Shown one piece after another: positions 1-9,554 of a stretch of DNA of 64,000 nt. This DNA is from Planctomycetota bacterium. GTDB taxonomy: Bacteria; Planctomycetota; UBA1135; UBA2386. Both the position numbers and the translations under genes were made by a program. Within the stretch, counting starts at the first letter, position 1; each line of letters begins with the position of its first letter. Location of the stretch: assembly GCA_965228735.1 (NCBI GenBank), contig OZ245838.1:3840001-3904000 (forward strand), written 5' to 3'. Under the pieces are notes generated by a model, which made no database searches, was not told where the DNA came from, and was given only the letters and a program-made list of their open reading frames with translations.

Positions 1-84
1 GAGGAGGATCGATCGCAGCTTCTGGATCTCGCCCTGCCACTTCTTGGCGCGGCTGACGAACGCATCGACTCTTGGGTTCTGCAT
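1..84 (-). CDS. YdeI/OmpD-associated (DUF1801) family protein, 5' part (runs off window)
   Basis: Reads MQNPRVDAFVSRAKKWQGEIQKLRSILL, a typical YdeI N-terminus; AGGAG upstream of ATG 84. Not in the ORF track. Confidence 0.75.
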   Translation of the reverse strand, partial: MQNPRVDAFVSRAKKWQGEIQKLRSILL

Positions 85-426
85 GGGACGTGCTCCTGAA
101 CCCGGTCGGGTCAGCGCTGCGAAGCGAGGCCATCGAGCGTAGCTGCGGGCGACCGAGTCCGACAGCTGGTTGCAGACCCAGAGCTCGTTCGCGCTGCGCT
201 CCGTCACGGATACGGGTCGTAGCCCGACCCGGATCTCGCGCAGCAAGCGCGGAGCCGCGGGATCCCGCAGGTCGAACACGCTCAGCCGGTCATCGTTCGG
301 GTTCAGCGCGTAGAGCCGCAGTCCGTCGGCCGAAACGCGCACCGGATGCACGGCGGTCGGTTCGAGGTTCGAGTAGGTCGCAGACTGGCCGGCCAATCCG
401 GCAGCGGTCAGTGCCACGGCGGTCAT
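85..426 (-). pseudogene. Truncated secreted YVTN/YncE-like beta-propeller fragment, in frame with the YdeI gene
   Basis: MTAVALTAAGLAGQ..HPVRVSADGLRLYALNPNDDRLSVFDL..EIRVGLRPVSV..ELWVCNQLSDSV, then similarity ends abruptly. Confidence 0.55.
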
Positions 427-522
427 GGCGGCTGCGGCGCTCCGGGGCGTATCGGGATTCCGGGGCGGATCGGCGTTCGCTGGTGGCAAAGCGCGGGCGT
501 TCGGCTCGAATCGACGGTCGCC

Positions 523-3120
523 ATGCCCTCGCCGCGCCGCGTCACGCTCGTCACCCTCGGCATCGCCGCGTGGCTGGCGCTCGGATTCGCGTGCAGCGAG
601 TCGGCCGCGGCGACGGCCGAGCCGGACCATCCCTACGGTCAGGATGCCGAACCGCGAAAGGGCTGCGGCCGGCGCATCGTCGAACCGTCCGCGACGCGCA
701 GCACGGCGATCGATGATCCGGGTGCGGCGGCCAACTCGTGCCTCTCGTGTCACACCGACATCGAGACGATCCGCAATCCCGACTCGGGGATGTTCCGCGC
801 GATCGTTCGTGCCGCCGGCACCGCGGGGCACGGCAACCGCTGCGTCGTGTGCCACGGCGGCGACGTGACGGCGCAGGCGACCGCCGCGATGACGGTCGAC
901 TCCGAGGAGTGGCTCGCGGTCGCCGAACGGGCGCATCAGGGCACGCCGGAGCACTACCGCGACAACGACGGTCCCAAGGCGTTCTATCCCGACCCCGGCA
1001 GCCCGTGGATCAACGAGCACACGTGCGGCGTGTGCCACGCGTGGCAGGTGCGGAATCAGTGGCAGAGCCTGATGATGACCGAGGCCGGCAAGATCCAGGG
1101 CACGGCGTGGGGCTTCGGCGGGCTGTCCGGCTACGAGCACAAGTGGGCCAACTACGACGTGCAGACGCGGCCCGAGTCCGAGCGCGTCGGCAACGACGAC
1201 TATCACGCCTACATGCGCGAGCTCATGCAGAAGGAACCGCAGGTGTTCCTCGAGGCCATGAAGGAGCTGCCGAAGGCGCCGACGCCCGAGCAAGTGGCGA
1301 GCGATCCGCGGCTCGCGGCGTTCACCTACATCCGCGGCGAGTGCCAGCGGTGCCATCTCGGTGTCGGCGGTGCGCAGCGTCACGGCGACTACCGCGGCCT
1401 CGGCTGCAGCGCGTGCCACGTGCCGTATGCCAACAGCGGCGTGTATCAGGGCGCCGATCCGACGCTCGACGAGAAGCCGGGTCGCCCGCTCGTGCACTCG
1501 ATCCAGAGCGGTGTCGGCTCACCCGTCACGGCCAACGGGCACACCTGGTCCGGCATCCCGGTCGAGACGTGCACGACGTGCCACAACCGCGGGCGCCGCA
1601 TCGGCGTGTCCTTCCAGGGCCTGATGGAGACGCCGTATCCATCGCCGTGGACCGCGGACGGCGGAAACCAGCAGGAACTGCACGGCAAGCACTACCGCAA
1701 GCTGCACGCCGATCTGCACGCGGAGAAGGGCTTTCTCTGTCAGGACTGCCACACGTCGATCGACGTGCACAGCTCCGGCCAGCTCATCGGCGCGATCACC
1801 GCCGCGGTCGAGATCGAGTGCACGGACTGCCACGGCACGCCGACCGCGTATCCGTGGGAGCTGCCGCTGGGCGCGATGGACGAATACGCGGGGTCACCCA
1901 AGACCGGCGCGCCGCGCGGCACGCTGGCCGAGCTGCCGGACTACCTCGCGGCCGCCGACCACCCCGAGCCCGCGGATGGCTACGTGCGCACGGCCCGCGG
2001 CAACCCGCTCGGCAACGTCGTGCGCCAGGGCGACGTGCTGCACGTTCATCTCGCGAGCGGCGCCGTGCACGAGCTCGTGCCGCTCAAGGGCATGGTGCAG
2101 CGCGGCATGCTGTCCAAGAAGGCCGAGGTCGCGATGGTCGACGTCGGCCGGCACATGGAGCGCATGGAGTGCTACGCGTGCCACGCGACGTGGGCGCCGC
2201 AGTGCTACGGCTGCCACATCAAGGTCGACTACTCCGCGGCGGAGAACCCGGTCGATTGGGTCGCGATCGGGCACGACCACCTGCCGAACGGCACGACCTG
2301 CGAGTTCACCAACCGCGCCGAGGCGCACCGCATCCCGGGCCGCATCTCGGAGCTGCGCGCCTACCTGCGCTGGGAGGATCCCGCGCTCGCGGTCAACGGC
2401 GAGGGTCGCATCGCGCCGGCCGTGCCGGGTTGCCAGACGACCGCGACGGTCATCGGTCAGGACGGCGACGTGCTCGCGAACAACCAGGCGTTCCGGATCC
2501 CGAACGTCGAAGGCGCCGGACCCGAAGGCCAGATCGGCGTCGACCACTCGCCACTGCAGCCGCACACGACGCGGCGCGAGGCGCGCAGCTGCGAGAGTTG
2601 CCACGGCAACCCGAAGGCGGCGGGCTACGGCATCGATGCCGGCAAGAACGACGTCGAACCGGATCGCGATCGCGTCGTCGACCTCATGGACGCCGACGGC
2701 CACGTGCTGGCCGCGGATGCGACCCCGCAGTTCACGTCGGTGCGCGACCTCACCGCCGACTGGTCGCGCTTCATCACCGAGGACGGGCAGCAGCTGCAGA
2801 CGGTCGGGCATCACCTGCAACTGTCGCGCCCGCTCGACGACATCGAACGCGCCAAGCTCATGCGCTCGGGCACCTGCATCGCGTGTCACGACGTGGTGCC
2901 GAACGACGACCTCGCGACCGGCGCGCTGCACCACGTCGCCGAGATGCTCGACGCCGTGCCCGTCGACGCCGATGCGCACGCGGCACTCGTGAACAAGATC
3001 GTCCGGATCGCGGCGTGGGCCCAGGTGATCGCGGTCGCCGCGTTCTTCGCGCTCGCCGCGCTATTGATCCGGCGTTGGCGCAAGCGGCGCCGCGCGCGGC
3101 GACTGGCCGACACGACCTGA
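523..3120 (+). CDS. Multiheme c-type cytochrome (12 CxxCH) with signal peptide and C-terminal membrane anchor
   Basis: CLSCH, CVVCH, CGVCH, CQRCH, CSACH, CTTCH, CQDCH, CTDCH, CYACH, CYGCH, CESCH, CIACH; hydrophobic N-terminus; C-terminal TM followed by basic tail. Confidence 0.9.
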   Translation: MPSPRRVTLVTLGIAAWLALGFACSESAAATAEPDHPYGQDAEPRKGCGRRIVEPSATRSTAIDDPGAAANSCLSCHTDIETIRNPDSGMFRAIVRAAGTAGHGNRCVVCHGGDVTAQATAAMTVDSEEWLAVAERAHQGTPEHYRDNDGPKAFYPDPGSPWINEHTCGVCHAWQVRNQWQSLMMTEAGKIQGTAWGFGGLSGYEHKWANYDVQTRPESERVGNDDYHAYMRELMQKEPQVFLEAMKELPKAPTPEQVASDPRLAAFTYIRGECQRCHLGVGGAQRHGDYRGLGCSACHVPYANSGVYQGADPTLDEKPGRPLVHSIQSGVGSPVTANGHTWSGIPVETCTTCHNRGRRIGVSFQGLMETPYPSPWTADGGNQQELHGKHYRKLHADLHAEKGFLCQDCHTSIDVHSSGQLIGAITAAVEIECTDCHGTPTAYPWELPLGAMDEYAGSPKTGAPRGTLAELPDYLAAADHPEPADGYVRTARGNPLGNVVRQGDVLHVHLASGAVHELVPLKGMVQRGMLSKKAEVAMVDVGRHMERMECYACHATWAPQCYGCHIKVDYSAAENPVDWVAIGHDHLPNGTTCEFTNRAEAHRIPGRISELRAYLRWEDPALAVNGEGRIAPAVPGCQTTATVIGQDGDVLANNQAFRIPNVEGAGPEGQIGVDHSPLQPHTTRREARSCESCHGNPKAAGYGIDAGKNDVEPDRDRVVDLMDADGHVLAADATPQFTSVRDLTADWSRFITEDGQQLQTVGHHLQLSRPLDDIERAKLMRSGTCIACHDVVPNDDLATGALHHVAEMLDAVPVDADAHAALVNKIVRIAAWAQVIAVAAFFALAALLIRRWRKRRRARRLADTT

Positions 3121-3130
3121 GAGCGACCGC

Positions 3131-3607
3131 ATGGCCCAAAAAAAGACAACGAGAAAGACCACGAAGAAGACCACGAGGAAGACGGCGCGCGGCAAGCAGA
3201 ACGCGCCCACGCTCCTCACGGGCGGCAACCCGCAGATCGCGAAAGCAGATGGCTACGCGCCCGTGCAGGCCTACATCCGCGCGATGCCCGAGTGGAAGCG
3301 CGCGATCGGCCGGCAGCTCGATGATCTGGTCGTGCGCACCGTGCCGGACGTGCGGAAAGCCGTGCGCTGGAACTCGCCGTTCTACGGCGTGACGGGCCGC
3401 GGCTGGTTCTTCAGCTTCTACTGCTTCACGAAGTACGTGAAGCTCACGTTCCTCAACGGCGCGGCGCTGCGACCGCCGCCGCCGATCGCATCCAAGCACG
3501 ACGACGTGCGTTACCTGAAGATCTTCGAAGACGAGTCGCTCGACGACCGCCAGCTCGCCGACTGGCTGCGCCAGGCCGCCGCGCTGCCGGGCGAGGAGCT
3601 CTTCTGA
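3131..3607 (+). CDS. DUF1801 domain protein
   Basis: LLTGGNPQIAKADG..PVQAYI..MPEWK..KAVRWNSPFYG..FTKYVKLTF. Confidence 0.85.
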   Translation: MAQKKTTRKTTKKTTRKTARGKQNAPTLLTGGNPQIAKADGYAPVQAYIRAMPEWKRAIGRQLDDLVVRTVPDVRKAVRWNSPFYGVTGRGWFFSFYCFTKYVKLTFLNGAALRPPPPIASKHDDVRYLKIFEDESLDDRQLADWLRQAAALPGEELF

Positions 3608-3634
3608 CGCCTTGTCTCGCTCCCCGATCCACCC

Positions 3635-4627
3635 ATGCACGCCGGCAAGAACTACACCGTCAAAGAGGTCCTGCTCTGGACCCGCCGTGAGTCGATTCTC
3701 TTCCTCGTGATCGCGGCGCTGCCCGTGATCCTCCACGCGGCGGGCATCGAGCTGCCGCCGTTGCCGTGGCAGCCGATCGCGGTGCTCGGCACGGCCGTCG
3801 CGTTCGTCACCGGCTTCAAGAGCAACGCCGCGTACGGACGCACGTGGGAGGCCCGCAAGATCTGGGGCGGGATCGTGAACGCGAGCCGCTCGTTCTGCGT
3901 GCTCGTGCGCGATTTCGTGCAGACCGACGACGGCGGCGCGACGCACACGCGCATCGTGCATCGCCACCTCGCCTGGCTGACCGCGCTGCGCCACCAGCTG
4001 CGGCAACGACGGACGTGGGAGTCGGCGACCGCGCGCGCCAACGTCGAGTATCAGCGCCGCACGTTCCGTATTCCGGAGTGCGACGCCGACCCGCGCGACG
4101 AGCTCGAACCGTGGCTCAACGACGAGGACCTCGAGTACGTGCTCCCGAAGAAGAACCAGGCCGCGGCGCTGCTCGGCATGCAGAGCAAGGAGCTCGCGCG
4201 CTGCGCCGCGAACGGGCAGCTCACGGAATACCGCCATGTCGAGCTCACCCGCATCATCGGCAACCTCTACGACGAGCAGGGCCGCAGCGAACGCATCAAG
4301 AACTTCCCGTACCCGCGGCAGTTCTCGACGATGAACCACATCTTCGTCTGGCTGTTCATCGTGCTGCTGCCGTTCGGCGTGCACGAAGAGCTGCTGTCGC
4401 GCGCGCCGGACTGGGCCTGGCTCACGATCCCGCTGACCGCGATCGTCGCGTGGGTGTTCCACACGATGGACAAGATCGGCGGCGTGAGCGAGAACCCGTT
4501 CCAGGGCGGCCCGAACGACATCCCGATCACCGCGATGAGCCGCGGCATCGAGATCGACTTGCGCGACCTGCTCGACGATCCAGATCTGCCGCAGCCGCTC
4601 ACGCCGCAGCGCAACATCCTCATGTGA
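3635..4627 (+). CDS. Bestrophin (UPF0187/YneE) family ion channel
   Basis: GFKSNAAYGRTWEARKIWG, ERIKNFPYPRQF, ENPF. Confidence 0.9.
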   Translation: MHAGKNYTVKEVLLWTRRESILFLVIAALPVILHAAGIELPPLPWQPIAVLGTAVAFVTGFKSNAAYGRTWEARKIWGGIVNASRSFCVLVRDFVQTDDGGATHTRIVHRHLAWLTALRHQLRQRRTWESATARANVEYQRRTFRIPECDADPRDELEPWLNDEDLEYVLPKKNQAAALLGMQSKELARCAANGQLTEYRHVELTRIIGNLYDEQGRSERIKNFPYPRQFSTMNHIFVWLFIVLLPFGVHEELLSRAPDWAWLTIPLTAIVAWVFHTMDKIGGVSENPFQGGPNDIPITAMSRGIEIDLRDLLDDPDLPQPLTPQRNILM

Positions 4628-4653
4628 CCCTCACGCTCGCAAAGGCCGCACCC

Positions 4654-5097
4654 ATGACGAAGACTCTCCAGTTCGAACAACGGATCGATGCCCCCGTCGC
4701 CAAGGTCTGGGACACGATGCTCGCCAAGGACAGCTACTCGCAGTGGACCGCGCCGTTCACGGCGGGTTCCTACTTCGAAGGCACGTGGGAGGAGGGCACG
4801 CGCATGCGCTTCCTCGCGCCGGGCGGGAGCGGCATGGTCGCGGAGATCGCCGAGAGCCGCCGCCACGAACTCTTGCAGATCCGACACCTCGGCATCGTCG
4901 AGGATGGCGTCGAGGACACGACGAGCGCGGCGGTCACGAGTTGGGCGCCGGCTCTCGAGGTCTACCGCTTCGAGAGCATCGACGGCGGCACGATCGTGCA
5001 GGTCGAGCAGGAGGTGCCCGAGGACTTCGAAGGCACGATGCAGTCGTCGTGGCCGCCGGCTCTGCTGGAGCTGAAGCGGCTCTGCGAGACCGACTGA
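4654..5097 (+). CDS. SRPBCC/START-like domain protein
   Basis: IDAPVAKVWDTML..WTAPF..GSYFEGTW..WPPALLELKRLCE. Confidence 0.85.
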   Translation: MTKTLQFEQRIDAPVAKVWDTMLAKDSYSQWTAPFTAGSYFEGTWEEGTRMRFLAPGGSGMVAEIAESRRHELLQIRHLGIVEDGVEDTTSAAVTSWAPALEVYRFESIDGGTIVQVEQEVPEDFEGTMQSSWPPALLELKRLCETD

Positions 5098-5152
5098 CGC
5101 GAAACCGCGCGCCCGCGGCATCCGCGGCCCGCGGCGCCGCGAAGCGTCTGCC

Positions 5153-6058
5153 ATGCGTCGGACGATGTCGATCGCGCTGCTCGCGACCTGCGCCGCGGCC
5201 CAGGAAGCCGGCTGGCCGCAGTGGGGCGGCCCCGCCCGGGACTTCCGGCTGCCGGCGGCAGCTCTCGCGGAGCAGTGGCCGGCGGGCGGTCCCCCCGAAC
5301 GCTGGACCCGGCCCGTTGGCGGGGGGCATGGCGGGATCGCGGTGGTCGGAGGTGAGCTCTACACGCTCGTGCGACGCGGGGATCGTGAGATCGATGTCGC
5401 GCTCGACGCCGCGACCGGCGACACCGTGTGGCAACGGCACGATTTCGGCCTCGACTACGCGTCGCCGATCGTGATCGAACGCGACGGCATGACCGAGCTG
5501 GTGTGCCAGTTCGAGAACGAGCTCGTCGGCCTGCGGCTGAGCGATGGCGAGCTGGCGTGGCGGCTGCCGTCCGACGGCGAACGCACGCGCCACGTGATCA
5601 CCCCGTTGGACCTCGGCGGCGCGCTGCTCGCGTCCACCACGCACGCCGCGCGCCGGGTCGAGATCGGCGCGAACGGCGCCACGGGCGAATGGCGGAATCG
5701 CCGGCTTCGCCCGCAGGTCGGCAACGTCGTGCATGCGCGCCACTGCGGACTCGTGCTCGGCGCGTCCTCGCCATTCACCGGCGCGCTGATCGTCGCGCTC
5801 GATGCCGAGACGGGCGAGCGCCGCTGGCGCAGTCGTGACATCGACGCCGGCTTCCTGTGGCTCGTCGGCGACGAGGTGTTCGGACTGTCGCGGGACGGCG
5901 AACTCGTCCAGGCGCGCTGCGATCGCGACGGCCTGACGGTGCGCAACCGCTGCCGGCCCTTCACCGGCGACAAGATCTGGAGCGCGCCGGCGATGGTCGG
6001 CGCGCGGCTGTATTTCAAGGGCGACGGGCGGATCCGCGCGCTCGACCTGTCGCGTTGA
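5153..6058 (+). CDS. PQQ-binding-like beta-propeller protein (short, possibly internally deleted)
   Basis: WPQWGGP N-terminus, ALDAATG/ALDAETG repeats, WSAP..RLY C-terminal blade. Confidence 0.75.
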   Translation: MRRTMSIALLATCAAAQEAGWPQWGGPARDFRLPAAALAEQWPAGGPPERWTRPVGGGHGGIAVVGGELYTLVRRGDREIDVALDAATGDTVWQRHDFGLDYASPIVIERDGMTELVCQFENELVGLRLSDGELAWRLPSDGERTRHVITPLDLGGALLASTTHAARRVEIGANGATGEWRNRRLRPQVGNVVHARHCGLVLGASSPFTGALIVALDAETGERRWRSRDIDAGFLWLVGDEVFGLSRDGELVQARCDRDGLTVRNRCRPFTGDKIWSAPAMVGARLYFKGDGRIRALDLSR

Positions 6059-6188
6059 TCGCGCGGATACTGCGCCGCGCAATCGCGCCTCGAAGAGCCG
6101 TTCGGGAAACGGGCGGAGACCCACGCGGGTATTGACCTCGGGGCCGCCAACCAATGCGATCATGGCTCCCACTGCGGAAGGACCTACC

Positions 6189-7241
6189 ATGAAGAACCTC
6201 GCTCTCCACGTCTCCATCATCTCGCTCCTCTCGTCCGCGCTCGCCGCGCAGGGCATCTTGCAGATCTCCATCGGTGTCCGCGAAACGGGCTTCGGCGGCA
6301 GCACCGTCGGCACGATCGGCGCCGACGGCGGCACCGGCGGCGGCATCGAGTGGGTCGCGCAGGACGTGCAGGCGCTGCCGGTCGACGGCGCGTGGCACAC
6401 GTTCACGTTCGACTTCGCCAACGACCCGATCACGGCGTTCGCGGGCAGCAGCGCCAACGGCACCCTCGAGGGGATGTACGGCACGATCGAGCACATCCGC
6501 GTGCTCAACACGAGCGGCATCGGCGATCCGATCGTCCTGCTCGTCGACGACGTCGTGAACACGACCGGCCCGGCCGGCAGCACCGTCGCGACGACCGTCG
6601 AGGACTTCGAGGGCTACGGTGCCGGCACGTCGGTCATGTTCCGTCAGGCCGGTTTCTCGGGCTCGACGGGCACGAACCTCATGACCGGCAGCACGGCGAC
6701 CGTGGACGACATGTTCGTCGGGTCCGACGACGTCCTGCGCCACGACTTCCAGTTCGTCGACACGATGACGAACCGCTGGGCGCGCATCACGACGTTCAAC
6801 ACGGCCAACCGCCCCAACCCGGTCGTGCGCTTCGACAACAACTCGGTCGTCACGTTCCGCCTGCTCGCGTACACGAGCGAACAGACCGACCTCGGCCTGC
6901 AGGGCCCGGGCACCGTCAACGCCACGTTCGTCGGCGACGGCCTCAACGCCGGGCAGGCGAGCACGATCCACATCGGCGGCGCGCCGGCAAACACGTTCGG
7001 CGTGATCGGCGTCTCGCTGTTCGGCTTCCCCAACCTGCCGGTCCTCGGCGGCACGGTCGCGTCCGGCTCGGCGTTCTTCTTCCCGGTGACGGCGATCGCC
7101 GACGGTGGCGGCTTCGCGAGCGTCACGTTCGCGGGCAGCTCGATCGTCGCGGACTTCGCGATGCAGGGCATCTACCTCGACAACTCGCTGCCGCAGGGCA
7201 TCGCGTTCTCGAACGCGTTCCAGGCCTCGTTCGGCCAATAG
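6189..7241 (+). CDS. Secreted beta-rich hypothetical protein
   Basis: Signal peptide (..SSALAAQ), strong codon bias, SD-like GAAGGA upstream. Confidence 0.8.
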   Translation: MKNLALHVSIISLLSSALAAQGILQISIGVRETGFGGSTVGTIGADGGTGGGIEWVAQDVQALPVDGAWHTFTFDFANDPITAFAGSSANGTLEGMYGTIEHIRVLNTSGIGDPIVLLVDDVVNTTGPAGSTVATTVEDFEGYGAGTSVMFRQAGFSGSTGTNLMTGSTATVDDMFVGSDDVLRHDFQFVDTMTNRWARITTFNTANRPNPVVRFDNNSVVTFRLLAYTSEQTDLGLQGPGTVNATFVGDGLNAGQASTIHIGGAPANTFGVIGVSLFGFPNLPVLGGTVASGSAFFFPVTAIADGGGFASVTFAGSSIVADFAMQGIYLDNSLPQGIAFSNAFQASFGQ

Positions 7242-7298
7242 GTCGTAGTCGCCGGCCGCAAGTCGCCGGCCGCGGCGCGAACCGCGAAGCCGGGGCGA

Positions 7299-8129
7299 CT
7301 ACGCCCCGGCCCGCAGCCACCGCCGCGTGTCGGCCAGGAAACGGTCGACCGACGGCGCGACGAACAGTCGTGGCTGCATGCCCGTCGGATCGTACGGCGT
7401 CCGCGCCATGCGCTCGAGATCGAACGGCAGCAGCTCGGGCCCGCGCGTGCACTGCCGCAGCTCACCGATCGACGAGAGCAGCCCCGCGCCGAGGGCCTTC
7501 GGCCCCGCGCTCGTTCGAACGAGCCCGAACTCCGCGGTGAACCAGTAGACGCGTTCGATCGCGCGCAGGCGATCCGGTGACGCACCGACGGCGGCCTCCC
7601 CGAACGCGACGTGCAGGGCCGCGAGCTCCGGATCGTGCAGCGTCGTCGCGTGACCGATGATCTCGTGGATCACGTCGGGCTCGGGCGTGTAGAGCGGCGC
7701 GCTCGGGTGGCGGACGTACTGGGTGGACAGAAAGCGACGGTCGGCGAGCGCGGTCAGGAAGTCGCGGGCCGTGACGAGACCAGCCACCGGCTCCATGGCG
7801 AAGCCGGTTGCCCCGCGCAGCTCGCGCGTGAGCGTCGCGAGCTGCGGGATCGAACCGGCGCCGAAGATCGGGAGCGCGAGGCAACGCCGCGCGCGTTCGG
7901 CGACCAACTCGCGGTGCAGCGGCGCGAGGGACCCGAGCACGGTGCGCCAGACCCCGTGCTCGGCCGCCGTGTAGTCGACGACGGGCGGCGGCGAGCCGGG
8001 CGCGTGTTCGATCGCGAGGCGCGCGATCGCGTCGCGGCGGTCGCGGTAGCACGCGTCGCGAAAGCCGGGATGGTCCGCATCGAGTGGAACGAGATTCGGC
8101 GCGTCGTGATCGAGATCGGTGGGAAACAT
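7299..8129 (-). CDS. phhA: Phenylalanine 4-monooxygenase (biopterin-dependent aromatic amino acid hydroxylase)
   Basis: PEPDVIHEIIGH iron ligands, YWFTAEFGL, GAGLLSSIGE. Confidence 0.85.
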   Translation of the reverse strand: MFPTDLDHDAPNLVPLDADHPGFRDACYRDRRDAIARLAIEHAPGSPPPVVDYTAAEHGVWRTVLGSLAPLHRELVAERARRCLALPIFGAGSIPQLATLTRELRGATGFAMEPVAGLVTARDFLTALADRRFLSTQYVRHPSAPLYTPEPDVIHEIIGHATTLHDPELAALHVAFGEAAVGASPDRLRAIERVYWFTAEFGLVRTSAGPKALGAGLLSSIGELRQCTRGPELLPFDLERMARTPYDPTGMQPRLFVAPSVDRFLADTRRWLRAGA

Positions 8130-8252
8130 GGCAGCAGTCCAGCGGGCCCGGAAAGGGCGACCCGAAACGGGCGAAGGGAAGAACTGCGTGCAGGCCGAAC
8201 CGACATCGAAACGCGCCGGTTCGAGAACCGGCACGCGCGGGGTTCGGGCGTC

Positions 8253-8339
8253 TCAGTGCGCACGAACAGCCGACACCGTCCCGGCGGGGCCGGGATAGCG
8301 ATACGTGCTGTTCTGGTTCTGGCGCGAGGACGTCGTCAC
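8253..8339 (-). CDS. Candidate 28-aa small ORF upstream of phhA
   Basis: TACCCT-N7-GTG; MTTSSRQNQNSTYRYPGPAGTVSAVRAH*; followed by a hairpin and TTT. Confidence 0.25.
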   Translation of the reverse strand: MTTSSRQNQNSTYRYPGPAGTVSAVRAH

Positions 8340-8407
8340 GACGCGCAGGGTAGAGGACCGGCAGACCCTGTCCACCCCCGGGGATCACGGTCCTCGCCAG
8401 CGGGCGC

Positions 8408-9385
8408 TCAGGCCGGCAACAGCTCTGGCCGCCGCCGGTCACTGCCCGGTGACACCGCGAACTCCCGCTTGTAGGCGCGGCAGAACGCCGCCTCGGAGCG
8501 ATACCCGCAGCGGTCGGCGATCACCGCGAGCGACTCGTCACCGTCCCGCAACGCCGCCCGCGCGACCTGCAGCCGCCAGCGGGTCAGGTACCGCATCGCC
8601 GGCTCACCGACGACCTCGGTGAAGCGCGCCGCGAACGCGGAACGCGACATCGCGCCGGCCTGCGCCAGCGTCGCGAGCGTCCAGTCGCGGCCCGGCTCAC
8701 GATGCATCGCGGCGATCGCCCGGCCGAGCCGATCATCGCGCAAGCCCGCGAGCCAGCCGTTCTCCGTCGCGAGTTCGGCATCCGAACGGGAGGTCAGCCA
8801 GTGCCGAATGACCTGGATCGCGAGGATGTCGGCGAGCCGCGTGATCACGGTCTCGCCACCGGGCCGGAGCGCTTCGGCCTCGCGCGCGATGAACCGCAAC
8901 GTGTCGCCGAGCCAGCGATCGTCGCCGCCGTCCCAGGCATCGATCTGCAGCACGGGCGGCAGGGCATCGACGAGCCGTTCGGCCGCCGCGTGATCGAACC
9001 GGACGACGACGCAGATCAAGCGGCACGATTCACCCCCGCCACCCCACTGCAACCGTTCGTAGCGCTCGGTCACGCGTTCGATCGGCAGGTCGAAGAAGTC
9101 GACGCAACGCCGATCGGGCGCGTCGGCCAACTGATGACCGAGCCCGTGCGGCACGAGCACGACGCTGCCGCGCTCGAGCAGCCGCGGCTCGATGCCGTCG
9201 CTCATGAGCCAGCACCGACCGCTCGTCAGAATGTGCAGCATCATGTGCCCCTCGAGCGGGGGCAGATCGATGCCCCACGGCGCCGTCAGCTCCGACCGGG
9301 CGTAGACGCAGCCGGTCAGGCGGAGCAGGTGCAGAGCCTCACCGAGCGGATCGGCGGGGGCGGGGATCGCGGTCGGAGCGGCCAT
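8408..9385 (-). CDS. AraC family transcriptional regulator (cupin + HTH)
   Basis: DPLGEAL, APWG, MSRSAFAARF, GYRSEAAFCRAYKR. Confidence 0.92.
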   Translation of the reverse strand: MAAPTAIPAPADPLGEALHLLRLTGCVYARSELTAPWGIDLPPLEGHMMLHILTSGRCWLMSDGIEPRLLERGSVVLVPHGLGHQLADAPDRRCVDFFDLPIERVTERYERLQWGGGGESCRLICVVVRFDHAAAERLVDALPPVLQIDAWDGGDDRWLGDTLRFIAREAEALRPGGETVITRLADILAIQVIRHWLTSRSDAELATENGWLAGLRDDRLGRAIAAMHREPGRDWTLATLAQAGAMSRSAFAARFTEVVGEPAMRYLTRWRLQVARAALRDGDESLAVIADRCGYRSEAAFCRAYKREFAVSPGSDRRRPELLPA

Positions 9386-9554
9386 CTCGCCAGCATGAAC
9401 CAGCTCTGCCTGTCCGTCCAGACTGGTGGACGATCTGCATACTCATGAGGACTCCACGGCATGGATCGTCCTCCTCTCTTGGCCGATCTTGTTCTCAGAG
9501 CGAGCGACAGTCACCCGCTCGAACACCACTGAGCCCAACCCCGAGAACCCGATC

